Shown: piece after piece, positions 1-12,223 of the stretch
Layout: each line of letters begins with the position of its first letter
How positions within the stretch are numbered: position 1 is the stretch's first letter
Source: Felis catus
Taxonomy: Eukaryota
Length of the DNA: 64,000 bases
Assembly (NCBI RefSeq): GCF_018350175.1
Contig: NC_058383.1
Location: 12,154,001 to 12,218,000, forward strand
Reading direction: 5' to 3'
The notes under the pieces: generated by a model
Database searches by the model: none
Seen by the model: only the letters and a program-made list of their open reading frames with translations
Told to the model about the DNA's origin: nothing
Position numbers and translations under genes: made by a program

Positions 1-1138
1 CTGGTATCCTGCACGGTTTTATCGTCCCGATCGTGACGATCATCGGAATCTGCCTAGTATTTCAGAAACGGGAGTACATGTCTGAGTCCTTTGTAAACTC
101 TGATGCCCTGGCAAGCAGTTATCTTGTCTGATTCATCTCCCTCAAATCTCTGAATCTAAAGAACCCAGCCCTGAGTGGGTGTGTTATCTGATACTCATAT
201 CAAACATATCGTGGCGCCTCGGCTTTGCAGCAGGATCCCACTCGGAGGGGGAAGGTTGCCTTAACATTCTTACTAGATGCAGGCAGAGTGACCAGAGGCT
301 CTGACCCTGGAATAGTTATCAGACAGCTTCAGGAGGGGTTCACCCTCCATCTCTGGGTCTTAATATTTTCTCCCCCACCTTGTCTGTTTGGGGAGAAATC
401 AGACACTCAAAACAGGGAGGGTAGAAAAAGGCTGATCGTAAAAATTGAGCCCAAAGTCTGATTTCTTTTCCTCCTAGAATATAAGCCAATGTCTATGATA
501 CCTTTCAGGCTGGAAGTATAGGAGCAGTCGGAGATCCTGGGGACTCCCAGGTTTCTGGCTCCTCGAGTATTTCCCCATCATGAATGGGACTCTACTTGTC
601 ACCATGGCTTTGAGGCAGATTTCACGATTACAAAGATTTGCACGCTGAAACTTCCGCGACCAAAGAGGGGCCCACAAGCCCAAATGCCTAGAGTTTATAC
701 AGCCTTATATCACGTCTTAAGTTAAAATTCAAGGTTGATTCGCCCTGCTGTACTCAAGATTCATTACTGATGTAAAAATTAAGACACGATTGCTGGGGTG
801 TAACTTGCTAAGTTTGGTTTCATTAGACGATGGTTCTCAGGATACTGTGTATCATTGTTTTATTTAATGACTCATTCAACAAAGGCTACTCAAAAGCCGC
901 GCTGTATTATACAAAAATTAACTAAAATTGAATCATGGGTTTAAATGTAAAACTATAAAGTTTTCAGAAAAGTCATATGGGAAAATAATTAGGGACCTAA
1001 AGGTAGGCAAAGAATTCTCAGACTCGACACCAGAGCACAGGCAATAAAAGAAAAATATAATAATAAATTGAATATCGTAAAATTAAAGTTTTCTGCTCTG
1101 CAAAAGATCCTGGTAAGAGGATAAAACGAAAAGCTACA

Positions 1139-1364
1139 GGGGCGCCTGGGTGGCTCAGTCGGTTAAGAGTCCGGCTTCGGCTCAGGTCATGATCTCGCGG
1201 TCCGTGAGCTCGAGCCCCACATCGGGCTCTGTGCTGCCAGCTCGGAGCTTGGAGCCTGCTTCCGATTCTGTGTCTCCCTCTCTCTCTGCCCCTCCCCTGC
1301 TCATGCTCTGTCTCTCTCTCTCAAAATAAATAAAGATTTTTAAAAATTAAAAAAAAAGAAGAAG
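1139..1364 (+). mobile_element. Can-SINE (SINEC_Fc-like) inserted in L1
   Basis: GGGGCGCCTGGGTGGCTCAGTCGGTT head, (CT)n, A tail; TSD aagctaca(g) 1131-1139 / 1365-1373. Confidence 0.95.
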
Positions 1365-1744
1365 AAGCTACAGCCTGGGAGAAAATACTTTCAAGCCACA
1401 TATCTGACAAAGGGTTAAGCTAAAGCACTCTCAGAACTCCAAAAAATCCAGCAGTGCGATTTGAAAACGGGCAAAAGACACAAAGAGACATTTCACCAAA
1501 GATGGCAAGGGAGCGTATGGAAAGGAGCCCAACATCATTATCCATCAGCGAAGTGCAAACCAACAGCATCAGTAGAGATCAACGTACATCTGCCATAATA
1601 GCTAAAATAAAATAAAAATAGTGACAATACCGAATGCTGATGAGGATTCAGACAAATGGGAGCCTTCATACGTTGCTGTGGGAACGTAAAATAATACAGC
1701 TACTCTTGACTCTGGTGGTGGATACACAGACCTACAAAGAACTC

Positions 1745-1747
<3 letters not shown>

Positions 1748-1785
<38 letters not shown>
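1748..1785. repeat. (CA)n microsatellite
   Basis: Pure AC run. Confidence 0.98.
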
Positions 1786-1786
<1 letters not shown>

Positions 1787-2269
1787 AGCAAGTAAAACTT
1801 GGAACATCTAAATAAAGGCAATGGATTGTATCTATGTGAATCTGCTGGTTGTGATGTTCTACGATCGTTCAGCATGGTTTTACCATTGGGGAAAACTAGG
1901 TAAACGGTGTGTAGAATCACTCTTTATTATGTGAATCAACAATTATTTTAGAGTAGAAAGGGTAATTAAAAAACAAAAACAAAAAACAGTCTACCATGTG
2001 CCAGTAGTGGGTTGGGTTCTGGAGAAACACAGGAGAAGGAATCTGGAAATGTCCCTACCCTCTTAAAATTTATACTCATGAAGGATAAAGACCTGTTTCA
2101 ATCAATCAGTCAACCACCCAACCTACCAACCAACAATTTCAGAATAATAAAATCCATAGGGACAATTAAATGGAGTAAAATGGTAGAGTCAATGGACTTT
2201 TGAGAAGTATATCAGACCAATTGGTCAGAGAAGAAGCCAGCCCAGATTCAGAATTTATTTTGAAGGAAT

Positions 2270-2272
<3 letters not shown>

Positions 2273-2314
<42 letters not shown>
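2273..2314. repeat. Poly(A) 42-mer
   Basis: Uninterrupted A run with no SINE body attached. Confidence 0.95.
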
Positions 2315-2316
<2 letters not shown>

Positions 2317-3522
2317 TGGTCTGGGAGTTACATGTTTTTGTTTATTTGTTTTGTTTGTTTTAGTTGAGTAACTGAGTGGCACCATTTCATGCATGAAGGA
2401 AGACTAGAGCGAAGGCACATCTGTGAATGGGACAAATCTAGAGTACAGATTGGGTGTGCCAGGTTGTAGTGGCCTTATTTGATATCTTAGGGGCTACGTG
2501 AGACAATGGCATGACTAAAGTTCATGGGAGAACTTGAGGGTGAATAAACTAGTATGGGATACAGTCATGTGCCAGCAGATAATATCTTTAGCTATGGAAT
2601 TTGATGAGATGATAAAAATTCTATGTATGGATTTAGTGAAGGTCTTAGGGCAAAGCCTTGGGTAATTTAAGATTTAGGAGAGTGTGAATAATGACCAGAG
2701 AAATGGGAACAACACCTCAAGCCAGCCAAGAGAGGAAGGTACATCAAGGGGGAGGAAAAAGTCATCAGTATCAATGCTTCTGAGGAATTAAGTATATGAG
2801 GACAGAAGTGTGGCTCCTGGACTTGGCAATGGGGGTGTTGATGGAAACCTTGACAATGGTGGTTTCAATGGAGTAAATGAGGAGAGCAGGTGAGTTAAGG
2901 AGATGATATACAACACAGATAATATTTTAGAAGGTTTTACTGTGCAGGAGAGCAGAAAATAATGGTTTGAGAGCTGGAGAGTGATTCCCCCCTCCCCCCC
3001 ACCTAGTTCTCAGGAGCAAATAAGGAGGATATATATAGATCATTGAGCTTAACCAAGTATAGGGTTCAATGAGTTAAGCCCAAGCAAGAGAGAGAACCAG
3101 GTAAGATGTGTGAGGGTATTTGCCAGATTATAGAATGTAGGCTTGGTCTGTAGAGAAGTAAAGATTCCAGGGAGCAGAGAGTGAGTGGAAAGCAAGTTAT
3201 AGAACTCATGAACCGGCATGCTCAATGCGATAGTTACTGTAGTGAGTAAAGCAAATAAAATGGAAGATAGGAAGTGAGGATCAAAGGACTGAGATTCAGA
3301 GGTGGTGTGTTAGTACTGAAAAGGGAAGAAATGGGGGGTGGGGTGGGGGGAGAGGCCCCATGGTGGTTGGGAAAGGGTTCTTGTGGGTAAGATATTCAGA
3401 TCGCAAGTTTCCAAGTAGTTAGACCACCCTCCATCCAGGGGTGTATTGAGGCCCCAATAACAAGGTCAAGGATAGGAGTGAGGGGAGCACAGTGAATTAG
3501 ATCATCAAGAATCATGGGTCAA

Positions 3523-3734
3523 GGGGCGCCTGGGTGGCACAGTCGGTTAAGCGTCCAACTTCAGCCAGGTCACGATCTCGCGGTCCGTGAGTTCGAGCCC
3601 TGCGTCGGGCTCTGGGCTGATGGCTCAGAGCCTGGAGCCTGTTTCCGATTCGGTGTCTCCCTCTCTCTCTGCCCCTCCCCCGTTCATGCTCTGTCTCTCT
3701 CTGTCCCAAAAATAAAAAAAATAAAAAAAATAAA
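3523..3734 (+). mobile_element. Young felid SINE (SINEC_Fc)
   Basis: Diagnostic 'cagccaggtcacg', 'ctgggctgatgg', 'gtcccaaaaa'; perfect TSD aagaatcatgggtcaa 3507-3522 / 3735-3750. Confidence 0.97.
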
Positions 3735-4739
3735 AAGAATCATGGGTCAAGAGGGAAGGAGGGAGGAGATATGAGTAGAGCTTGGCTGGCAGCGGTCTGA
3801 TCAGATTTCAGAAGCTTCCCAGCAGAAATGGTGTGGGGGTAGCAACACAGGGAAAGGGAGACACAACTGGCCCTGCACAGGATACAGGAGAACACAGCCT
3901 CTACTCGAATGTGGTTCCAGAGAATTCTTCAGGAAGTGTGAAGCCAGGAGAGGAATCTTTCAGAGAGAAAGTGGAATCGATGGTGCAATTGGACACTGGG
4001 CAGAGTGGAGCACACCCTCATATGAGTCAAGGCTTCTAGCAAATGGCGACAAAGACGAAATCGAAGCTCTTCAGTAGAGCTCCAGTGCCCAGAAAAGAGT
4101 CTGGCACTTATTAGCGGCGTAAGAATGAACAAATTAATGGGTGGAAAAGATCACAGGGGTACTTGGCCTCAAGAGAGAAGTCGGAGGAGCAAACCCTTGT
4201 CACAAAGTCACCCAGTGGGGACGGGCCACCAAGTGTACTGTGGGGCGACTGTGGATGCTTGTACAGCCCAGGGGGAGAGGGTGGTTCACCTAGCAGGGAA
4301 AGGGTTGTGACTACTCTTGATTCATTTGGCGTTATATTGAGTCTTTGATCCTTCCAAAACACCCAAAAAAACTTCCAGCATTCAAAAGTGTGGTTCAAAG
4401 ACAGAAAGCTTGAGATGTCACACAGCGTGCAGCTCGTGATTAGAATAATCCTCCGCTGACAATTCATTTATTCAGCATCAGGTCCACTAAGGGCCAGCCG
4501 CTTTCCATATGCCAAGGATTTCTTTCCGAGCAAAAACCAAACCGGCCATCCTAAATTGATCCCTCTCCTAGTTATCTCTTATTATTGTAGTCACATGGCC
4601 TCGAGCTCTCAAAACAAACTTAATTTTCATCACACTGAATAAAAGAGTACCAGCCACGCTGATCTACTAGGAAGAAGGTAGGTTGCACAAAATCAAATGG
4701 CAACATATTGCTGCCGCTCTAAAAGAGAATTGCTACTCT

Positions 4740-5220
4740 AGAGAATACTCCTTTTCTAAATGGCTATAAAGACCCCACGCTCCAGAAAAGTCAGAAGAAA
4801 AATTACCTCCCAGCTTGTGCATTTATTTTTATGGCTGCAGTGGATTGTTCCCTCTCACTCCTGCCTGCAACACACCCCAGTGCCTGTCAATTCCCAGACC
4901 TAATCCCACACCAGTTTCCAGCGTCCCAACTGGGCCAGTTTGCTGAAATGACATGATACGGTTGGCTTTTGCCAGGCATCCACGTCAAGAATTGTGAAGT
5001 GAATGAGTCTATCTGTCTTTATAAGTGCATTGCGAACTTTATAGTTTAATATTAAGCTTGCATCATAAAAAATGGCTCATAAATGGCTAATAAAAGCCTA
5101 GTTTACAGCTTATAAAGTGCATCAGCACTTTACGCGGGTTTGCTTAGGAAGATTTATGTGCAAGCTCTTTGTCTCCCAGTTAAAGATTATTTCCCCCCAA
5201 AAAAACGTTTAAAAATAACT
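4740..5220. promoter_or_regulatory. Candidate enhancer: posterior HOX/CDX motif cluster
   Basis: Repeat-free AT-rich segment with at least 9 TTTAT/TTTAC-core motifs (see findings). Confidence 0.45.
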
Positions 5221-6920
5221 ATTGAGAAATGGCCCTTCGGTTGAACTTTGCGTGGTACCCAATTGGAAGCGTCCAAGAAATTCAAACCGGGTGTTGCTGG
5301 TGATTATGAAGGTCACAGGAAACGCCTGGGGTTCCAGGCAGGCCTGGGGTGGGTGGCACCATGAAGTCCACGCGGGGGGCGGCTCAGCGAGCTCAGACAC
5401 GTTGGCAGGAGCCTTGACATGGAGTCGTATCTGTGCAACGCTTAGTGTGAAATCGGGTGTTAGTCCCAGGTCTGAGGGCACCAAAAGCCTTGTGAGAACA
5501 GCAGAAAGGCCAACATACCAAGCCGGAGTTGGGCTTCCTCCAAGAGCCCTTGGAAGTTTCTTTAATGGGGACGGCAAGAAGTCGCCGCTTGTTCCTCTGG
5601 CCTCCCTCGCTGTCTCCTCCGCTCAAAGCACCAGTGATAGATGTGATTGCCATCCACTCACCCCCTCCACCCTATTTCACTTTTTATTACCCATTGCCCA
5701 GCTTTACCCAGGTTTATATACTGCATTATGTTCTCCGCTGTCACTTCTCTTATTTCATCTTTGATTTTTATTCTAACTCAGCGGCGGGCAGCTGTGTTGC
5801 AAACTTCTTCCCTCCCCCTCACCCCCCGCTCCTGCCCTTTTGTGTCCCTCTGTGCCACCAGAGCCCAGGGTCTTCCCTTATATATTGACTTCCAGCTCTC
5901 AAGACATTGGCAAGGAGGTGGTGTTCTGTGATGCAATGCCCTGGATGTGGGGGCAGGGACCTGGGTTCCTGCACTGATTTTGCCAGTAGGCAACTGTGAC
6001 ATTTGGGGGGCATTTCGTTAGCTTTGGAGCAGGTCAAATGCAAAGGGGAAACGACGGAACCAAATGATCTCCAAGGTGACAAACCATTCTCAGGTGCCAA
6101 CTTATCTACGGAATGTGGACAGGAGCCTCTCGGCTTCCCGCACTCAAAGATCTCCAAGCGCTATAATGTTCTTGCCAAACCTACAAGATTATATTGAATA
6201 CTGAAGGGTGATTTCAGTATTCCTGGTCAGCATACTAGCTTTTCACATCTCAACATCAAGCAATCAAGAATGAGGCCACCCTGCCATCTTTCACAGGAGC
6301 AGTCCCATGTTTTTACGAAGACAGGCATTCAATCACCCTCGCATTTACAAAACTAGGTGCCAGAGAGTGGAGACCAGAGAAATAAAGAGCACAAATTCTG
6401 CCCATCACGCAACTTCCTCAGGAGACAAAGTTATCACGCTTTTCCGTAAGAAATGGCATGCTCTGGAGCAGGAGAGTTGCTCCGGGACCTTCATGAAGGA
6501 GAAAACGTGGAAGCCACATCTTGGAGGCAGAGAGAGTTCTCCATAATTCTAAAATCACGTGGAATGGGTTTTAATTTCCGTGATTTGGAAAGTGAGGAGC
6601 TTGTCTTTAATGAATTGCTTTATCACTGCCAACGACTGGTGTCTAGGGCTGTTTGGGCCCACCAGGGAACCATAAGAACTCAGGACCTTCTGCGTTTTCA
6701 TTTCCAAACATTGAAGGAAAGCCAGATCTTTTAATCAATTGTAGCAAATGCAAAATCAGGGTGCTACGTGGATTGCGTTATTTGTTGGGTTTTTGTTGTC
6801 GTTGTTTGTTTGTTTGTTTGGTTGTGACTTAAAGAACTTCTTTCTCCAACAAAATGCAGCACTCAAAAGCCTCATGACCCCCATCCTCTGATGATGGCCA
6901 AAGGGAGCAGTCCAAGGTCA

Positions 6921-7034
6921 TTTTTTTTTTTTTTTTGAGTAGGCTTCATGCCTGGTGCAGAGCCCAATCCAGGGCTTGATCTCACCACCATGAGATCAAG
7001 ACTTAGGTGTCAAACCAGAGCCACCCAAGGCCCT
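6921..7034 (-). mobile_element. Short older Can-SINE lacking the CT tract
   Basis: Poly(T) then 'agagcccaatccagggcttgatctcac...gagccacccaagg'; TSD t(c/t)caaggtca. Confidence 0.85.
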
Positions 7035-7289
7035 TCAAGGTCAATTCTTGCCCAGGGATCCATGTGCCCAAATCTGAGAAGAGGCAGGGGTTTAATCTGA
7101 TGATAATAAAGCTGAGAGATGGATATGAGACGGAGAGAGGGCTTAGGTTGCCTGGAGGACCCCCCAGCATCCACAGATCCCAGTTATTCTCTAGCTATTC
7201 CAGATGACAGGAGCAAGTAACTTCAGATCACTGCAGCCGGGCACACGGCACTGGTGACACAAGGGGTCACGGGTATCCTCACTAATACG

Positions 7290-7720
7290 TCACGGTGGCA
7301 CGATTCTTCAGAAGGTGGCCTCGGTCTAATCTTCCCAGCTTGTTTTAGACCAGTCCCTTATCTTCCCTCTGGACTCTCATCATGGAGAATCACTGTGGGT
7401 TCCTCAACACCAGCCCCCCGCGCCTGTCCACCATGTGTATTCTTTTTCTTCTGCCTGGAACATTCTCCCCTGATTTGTCTCTCTGGAAACCTCCAACCGT
7501 TCCCCCAAGGCTCTGCCCGACCGCTGTGATCACTCTGAAACCACCCACTATGCCATAAAGCACCGATTTATTTGCACTCAACACACAACGGTTTGCGTGT
7601 CCGGTGAACACGATCAGCCTGACGACCACGGGGTTGGATCCAGAGGGCAATGCAAAAATCCACGGGACTAACAGACACTGCTTCCGCCATCAAAGAGTTA
7701 ATCGTCTGGCTGAGGAGTAA
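7290..7720. mobile_element. L2 fragments (plus then minus)
   Basis: 'ctgcctggaacattctcccc' on plus; 'atttatttgcactcaaca...cttccgccatcaaagagttaatcgtctgg' on minus. Confidence 0.5.
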
Positions 7721-8374
7721 GATTAATTCCACGAAACGGTATGAGAGAATGTACAATCAAGCCCCAATTTGGGCAGTACAGATTTTCAATGCCAAAGGAG
7801 TTGAGGGAAGGAGAAAATCCATCACAGCTGAATCTGCAGAAACTCCAACTCATGGCTCACATGTCCCCAGCAGCTGAAAATAGGACGCGCTCTCCAATTG
7901 TACCACCACCGGCAGATCATTGAAAACTTCTCCCCAGCAAGGGTAAGTGGGAAGAAAATCAGGGAGGGGGACGAAAATGCCGGCTTGGGAACACGCTCAC
8001 CTAGGAGGGGAAACAGAGCAGAAACGCACACGAGGTTGGCCAAATGGGCTTCACCCCTTTCACCGCGTACGTCCCCTTCTGGGCGTTTATCCTCCAGGAA
8101 TCTGAACGCGCCAAGAGTCAGGGTGGTTCGTGACGGAGAGCAATTGCAAACGAGTCCACCCGTAGGACGCCGGTTGGGCACATTTTAGTAGAGAGCCACA
8201 CTGCTTTTGCAGCCGTTAAGAGACAACGGTGTGTTTTTTCTTTACGGACTGTCACGGAAAGACCATCACGATCTATTATTGAAAGGAAAACACGAGCGGG
8301 GTAGAAACATCGCTATAATATGAATGCATTTATATAAAACAGGGAGGCAGAAAATACTGTTTCTCCATCCAATT

Positions 8375-9165
8375 ATTCATTCATACATTCATTCACTCGC
8401 TCCACAGTTATCTTTTGGGGCCCTATTACGTGCCAGGCAGTGTCCTGGTGGTTAGAGAATCCGCGATGAAAAACAAAAAAGCAAACTTCCTTTGAGCTTC
8501 CAAGTTCCTCCTCCGGCGGGCTGAGACGGACACGAAGCAAATAAGCAAGTATAATATGCCACGCATCAGATGACAGTGAGTGGCAGGGAGAAAAATAAGG
8601 CAGCGTGAGCGAGTGCCAGGAGGGGACTGTCCTATTTGAATAGGGTGACAGAAAGAGCAGAGACCCGAAGGAGGTGAGTGTGGTGTAAATACGTGCAGAC
8701 AGAGCTTTCCAGACAAAGGGATGGGCCAGTGCAAGAGTCCAGCGTCCAGGGTGGGGCAGAAGGAGTAAAGGAAGGGGGCGTGGTACCAGGATTACCAGCG
8801 AGGTAGTAAGGGTCACTTTATAGAGGGCTCCGGAGGCCATGTTGAAGACTCCAGCTTTTACCCTGAAGGGGACACAAGCCACATGGCGTCTCGGACACGC
8901 CCCTGACATCACCCGAGTTCTGTGTCGCCCGCACTACCCTGGCTGCTGCGCTGAGAGGAGCTGGTCCAGGGGCCAGGAGTAGAAGCAGGGGCGTCATTTG
9001 GGAGGCTCCTGAGATGAGGAGAAGCTGGCGACTTGGACCAGGATGACCAAAGGAAGAGCAGGGGACACTGGGGGGAAGTGCTCGAGTTCCTGTTGCCTTT
9101 TGGAGGCGGAAGCAGCAGTGTTTAGCAGCGGAGCAAACGAACGTGACAAAGCAAATGAAAGAAAG
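8375..9165 (-). mobile_element. L2 (L2a-like) 3' region
   Basis: 'attcattcat' terminus, 'ctattacgtgccaggcagtgtcct', 'ttccagacaaagggatgggccagtgcaa', 'ggaggctcctgagatgag'. Confidence 0.85.
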
Positions 9166-9166
9166 A

Positions 9167-9395
9167 GGGAACCCCCCCCCCCGGATGGCTCAGCCCGTTA
9201 AGCGTCCAACTTTGTCTCAGGTCACGATCTCACGGTTGGCGGGTTCGAGCCCCACATTAGGCTCTCTGCTGTCAGTGAGGAGCCTGCTGCGGATCCTCTG
9301 CCTCCCTCTCTCTCTGCTCCTCCCCTGCTCTTGGTTGCTTTTCCTCTCTCAAAAATAAATAAACATTAAAAAAAAAAAACAACAACAAGAAAAAC
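9167..9395 (+). mobile_element. Can-SINE (older)
   Basis: 'ggatggctcagcccgttaagcgtcc...ggttcgagccccac', CT tract, AATAAA tail. Confidence 0.9.
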
Positions 9396-9436
9396 TAATC
9401 TATGCCATTAGAAGGCAGGATGGTATTTCCTTTAAA

Positions 9437-9467
9437 AAAGAAAGAAGGAAGGAAGGAAGAGAGAGAA

Positions 9468-9506
<39 letters not shown>

Positions 9507-9519
9507 GGAAGAGAGAGGA

Positions 9520-9611
<92 letters not shown>

Positions 9612-9623
9612 AAAGAAGGAAAG
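9437..9623. repeat. (GAAA)n compound microsatellite
   Basis: About 185 bp purine-only GAAA/GGAA array. Confidence 0.98.
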
Positions 9624-10621
9624 AGGTGGCCATTTAAAGGAGTTGGAAAAAGCTACTGCAAGAACAGGTTTAGGGGAGAATATGGGTATATAAAACGAGA
9701 ACGCAGCGTGTGGATAACTTAGATGTGTTTCCCCAATATGCCCTCATCTCTGTTCTTTGCATCCCAAACTGGTAGCTAAGCTCGGTCGTTCCCAGAGCCG
9801 GGGATCTGAGTAGGGCAGAAACAAGTAGCCTGAAAGCCCAAGAATTCTTCTGTAAAAGACTCGTCAGACTCCACCGAGGGAATGGGGTGGGCCCTTTGAG
9901 CAGGGGAACAAGATAAGCCACTTGGGGACAGAGAGCTCGAGAAAGGACACCTTCCTCGTGAGCAGGGAGGAGGAGGCTGAGGCTTCCAGATTGGGAACCG
10001 GGTGCCACTCTTGTCCTGCTAAGGATGCAGCAGAAACTTCTAGAGGCAGGAGGGTGGACTCGTCCTCAGGCTGTGGGTCTGCAGCCTTTGGGGACTGTTC
10101 CCCAGTAAGGGGAAGCAGAGAGCCATAATTTAGGAAGACCATTAGGGCGGGGACAAGCGACATCTGAGGAATAACCCGTGAGGACCAGCGACCAAATCCC
10201 CACAGGCTTTAGCACTGCCTAAGACCCGCCCCTTGGCCGTACCCATGCGATGGCAGAACTCCAACGTGTCTACAGTTAAATTTTCTGTCGGCTTGACAGA
10301 GCGAGGGGTTGAAATCAGATAGCACAATGAGTTACGGAAAATGAAAAGCATGATATTTCTTGAACATCTGACTCCGTGTGGCTAGATTTATGCCCATGAG
10401 ACAGGAAAATGCATGGCCACGGTCTAAAAGGATACAGTCCAAACTGCTTCACTCGGTGCGTTCCGTGTATTTTGACGATTTCCCGCAAAAAAAAAATCCG
10501 TCCGTGGCCTACTTGTATAATTAGTATTATGTTTTTCATTCCTACCTCATTTTGAGGCCCAGCCAGTAAGAAATCCCGGGAAAGGCCCCTTTGTCTTGGC
10601 ATTTTGCTATACACAGCTTTT

Positions 10622-10837
10622 TCTTTTTTATGTTTATTTTTGAGAGAGACAGAGACAGAGCGTGAGCAGGCGAGGGGCGGCGAGGGGCAGAGAAAGAGGG
10701 AGACACAGAATCAGAGGCAGGCTCCAGGCTCCGAGCTGTCAGCCCAGACCCCGACGCGGGGCTCGAACTCACGAACCGTGAGATCGTGACCTGAGCCGAA
10801 GTTGGACGCTCAACCGACCGAGCCACCCAGGCGCCCC
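10622..10837 (-). mobile_element. Can-SINE
   Basis: Full body; TSD tgctatac(a/g)cagctttt. Confidence 0.95.
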
Positions 10838-11697
10838 TGCTATACGCAGCTTTTATCCCATGCAGTAACACAAGGTTTCTCAAGGCAGGGGATATAAATT
10901 CATTTTTCTTACAAACGAAACTATATTTTACATCCACCCGGCAAAATAACTCAAGAAAGACATTTCACAAAAGCCACCTGTCAAGTGAACATCCTCTGTC
11001 ACGCACACGCCCCTCCCCAGCAAATCTGACTTGAGAGACCCATCTGCTTGGTAGAGTTGAGGGCACTTACGTACACCAGGCTTTCAGACATGTAGACCCA
11101 CCTCCACAGTGCCTCTCTGGTACCATCAGCCTGTTCCAGAAACCAAAAATCCTAAACAGGAGGGAAAGACGCATCATTTGACCGCAGACAGTTTGTTGAG
11201 ATCAATGGTATACACACCGCTTCAAGAAAGAAGGCACTGCTTCCCAGTAGCTGCCGTGTTGAGCCTGTGGTCTCCTTGGGCCATTCTAGCAGGGAGTATT
11301 CAATAAAGTCAGGCTCTCAGAGATTACTCGATGGTCCTTGATGTGCTCGATGGGCCCAGGGAGTCCTCCCAGGCTCACAGAGACCCATAAACAATAGCAA
11401 CGTGGAGTATGAGGGGCCATGATATGCCGAGACTTCTAGAGCCCCATCAGCATCAATGAGCCTCCCTCCTGTTCAAATGGCCAACCTCTCTTGGCTTCTG
11501 TGATAAGTGTTAGCTCTGCAACCCGTCCAGGCTCAGGACTGTGGGGGCCCCAATCCAAGAAGCTCTTTGGGCTCACTCAAGTATTAAGGGAAATCTTTCA
11601 CATTGTTCCAAAGAACAGGGGATCGGGTGTTGTAAACACCTGGCTGTCCTGGGGACTGGGGGATCTGCCTCCTTCCCTGTTCTCCACAAACCTTTCT

Positions 11698-11919
11698 TTT
11701 TTCAACGTTTTTTTTTTTTTAATTTTTATATTTTGGGACAGAGAGAGACAGAGCATGAACGGGGGAGGGGCAGAGAGAGAGGGAGACACAGAATCCGAAA
11801 CAGGCTCCAGGCTCTGAGCCATCAGCCCAGAGCCCGACGCGGGGCTCGAACTCACGGACCGCGAGATCGTGACCTGGCTGAAGTCGGACGCTTAACCGAC
11901 TGTGCCACCCAGGCGCCCC
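11698..11919 (-). mobile_element. Young felid SINE (SINEC_Fc)
   Basis: Near-consensus; perfect TSD tccacaaacctttct 11683-11697 / 11920-11934. Confidence 0.97.
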
Positions 11920-12223
11920 TCCACAAACCTTTCTAAGAAGAACTCTGATCTCATGAGTCTCTGCCCTAAAGTGTTCTGCACTATGGCTACCAAGGTGTAA
12001 CGTCCACTAGAGTTTCCAGAGCATTCCGGCTCTCCAGTCTGTGTCCCCCACCCCAACAAATCCCTTCCCTGTGCTTGGCTCGTTCAATCAAGGAGAGATC
12101 AATAGATTCACCCCCACCAGGATTGGCTAAGTAACTTGAGGGGCCCAGCACATCACGAAAATGTGGGGCCCCCTGCTTGAAAAGTACTAAGAGTTTCAGA
12201 CAAATTGAAAATTGTTAAGAATT

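Larger units (their letters stand above)
905..1985 (+). mobile_element. L1MC-like LINE-1 3' fragment (ORF2 C-terminus plus 3' UTR)
   Basis: 'tatacaaaaattaactaaaattgaatc', 'catatctgacaaaggg', 'gacatttcaccaaa' and the L1MC-type end 'ggattgtatc...ctggttgtgat...taccattggggaaaactagg' plus A-rich tail; internal deletion near 1710. Confidence 0.85.
859..4120 (-). mobile_element. Ancient L2 LINE, decayed, interrupted by L1MC and SINEs
   Basis: L2 3' terminus 'ttatttaatgactcattcaacaaa' at ~860 resumes as 'ctaccatgtgccag...gtccctaccctc' at ~1990, followed by purine-rich L2-like body; right boundary approximate. Confidence 0.6.

Noticed and set aside
1139..1225. tRNA-like A and B boxes
   Set aside because: These are SINE heads (tRNA-derived); no complete cloverleaf tRNA gene was seen anywhere.
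3512..3774. Recurrent 'GAPGWLSRLSVRL / RERGRHRIGNRLQALS' peptides
   Set aside because: Can-SINE translations, not a gene family.
5222..5764. 180-aa ORF and overlapping ORFs
   Set aside because: Non-ATG start, no recognisable homology and no convincing splice context.
9400..9722. K/E/R-rich and F/L/S-rich ORFs
   Set aside because: Translations of the (GAAA)n microsatellite.
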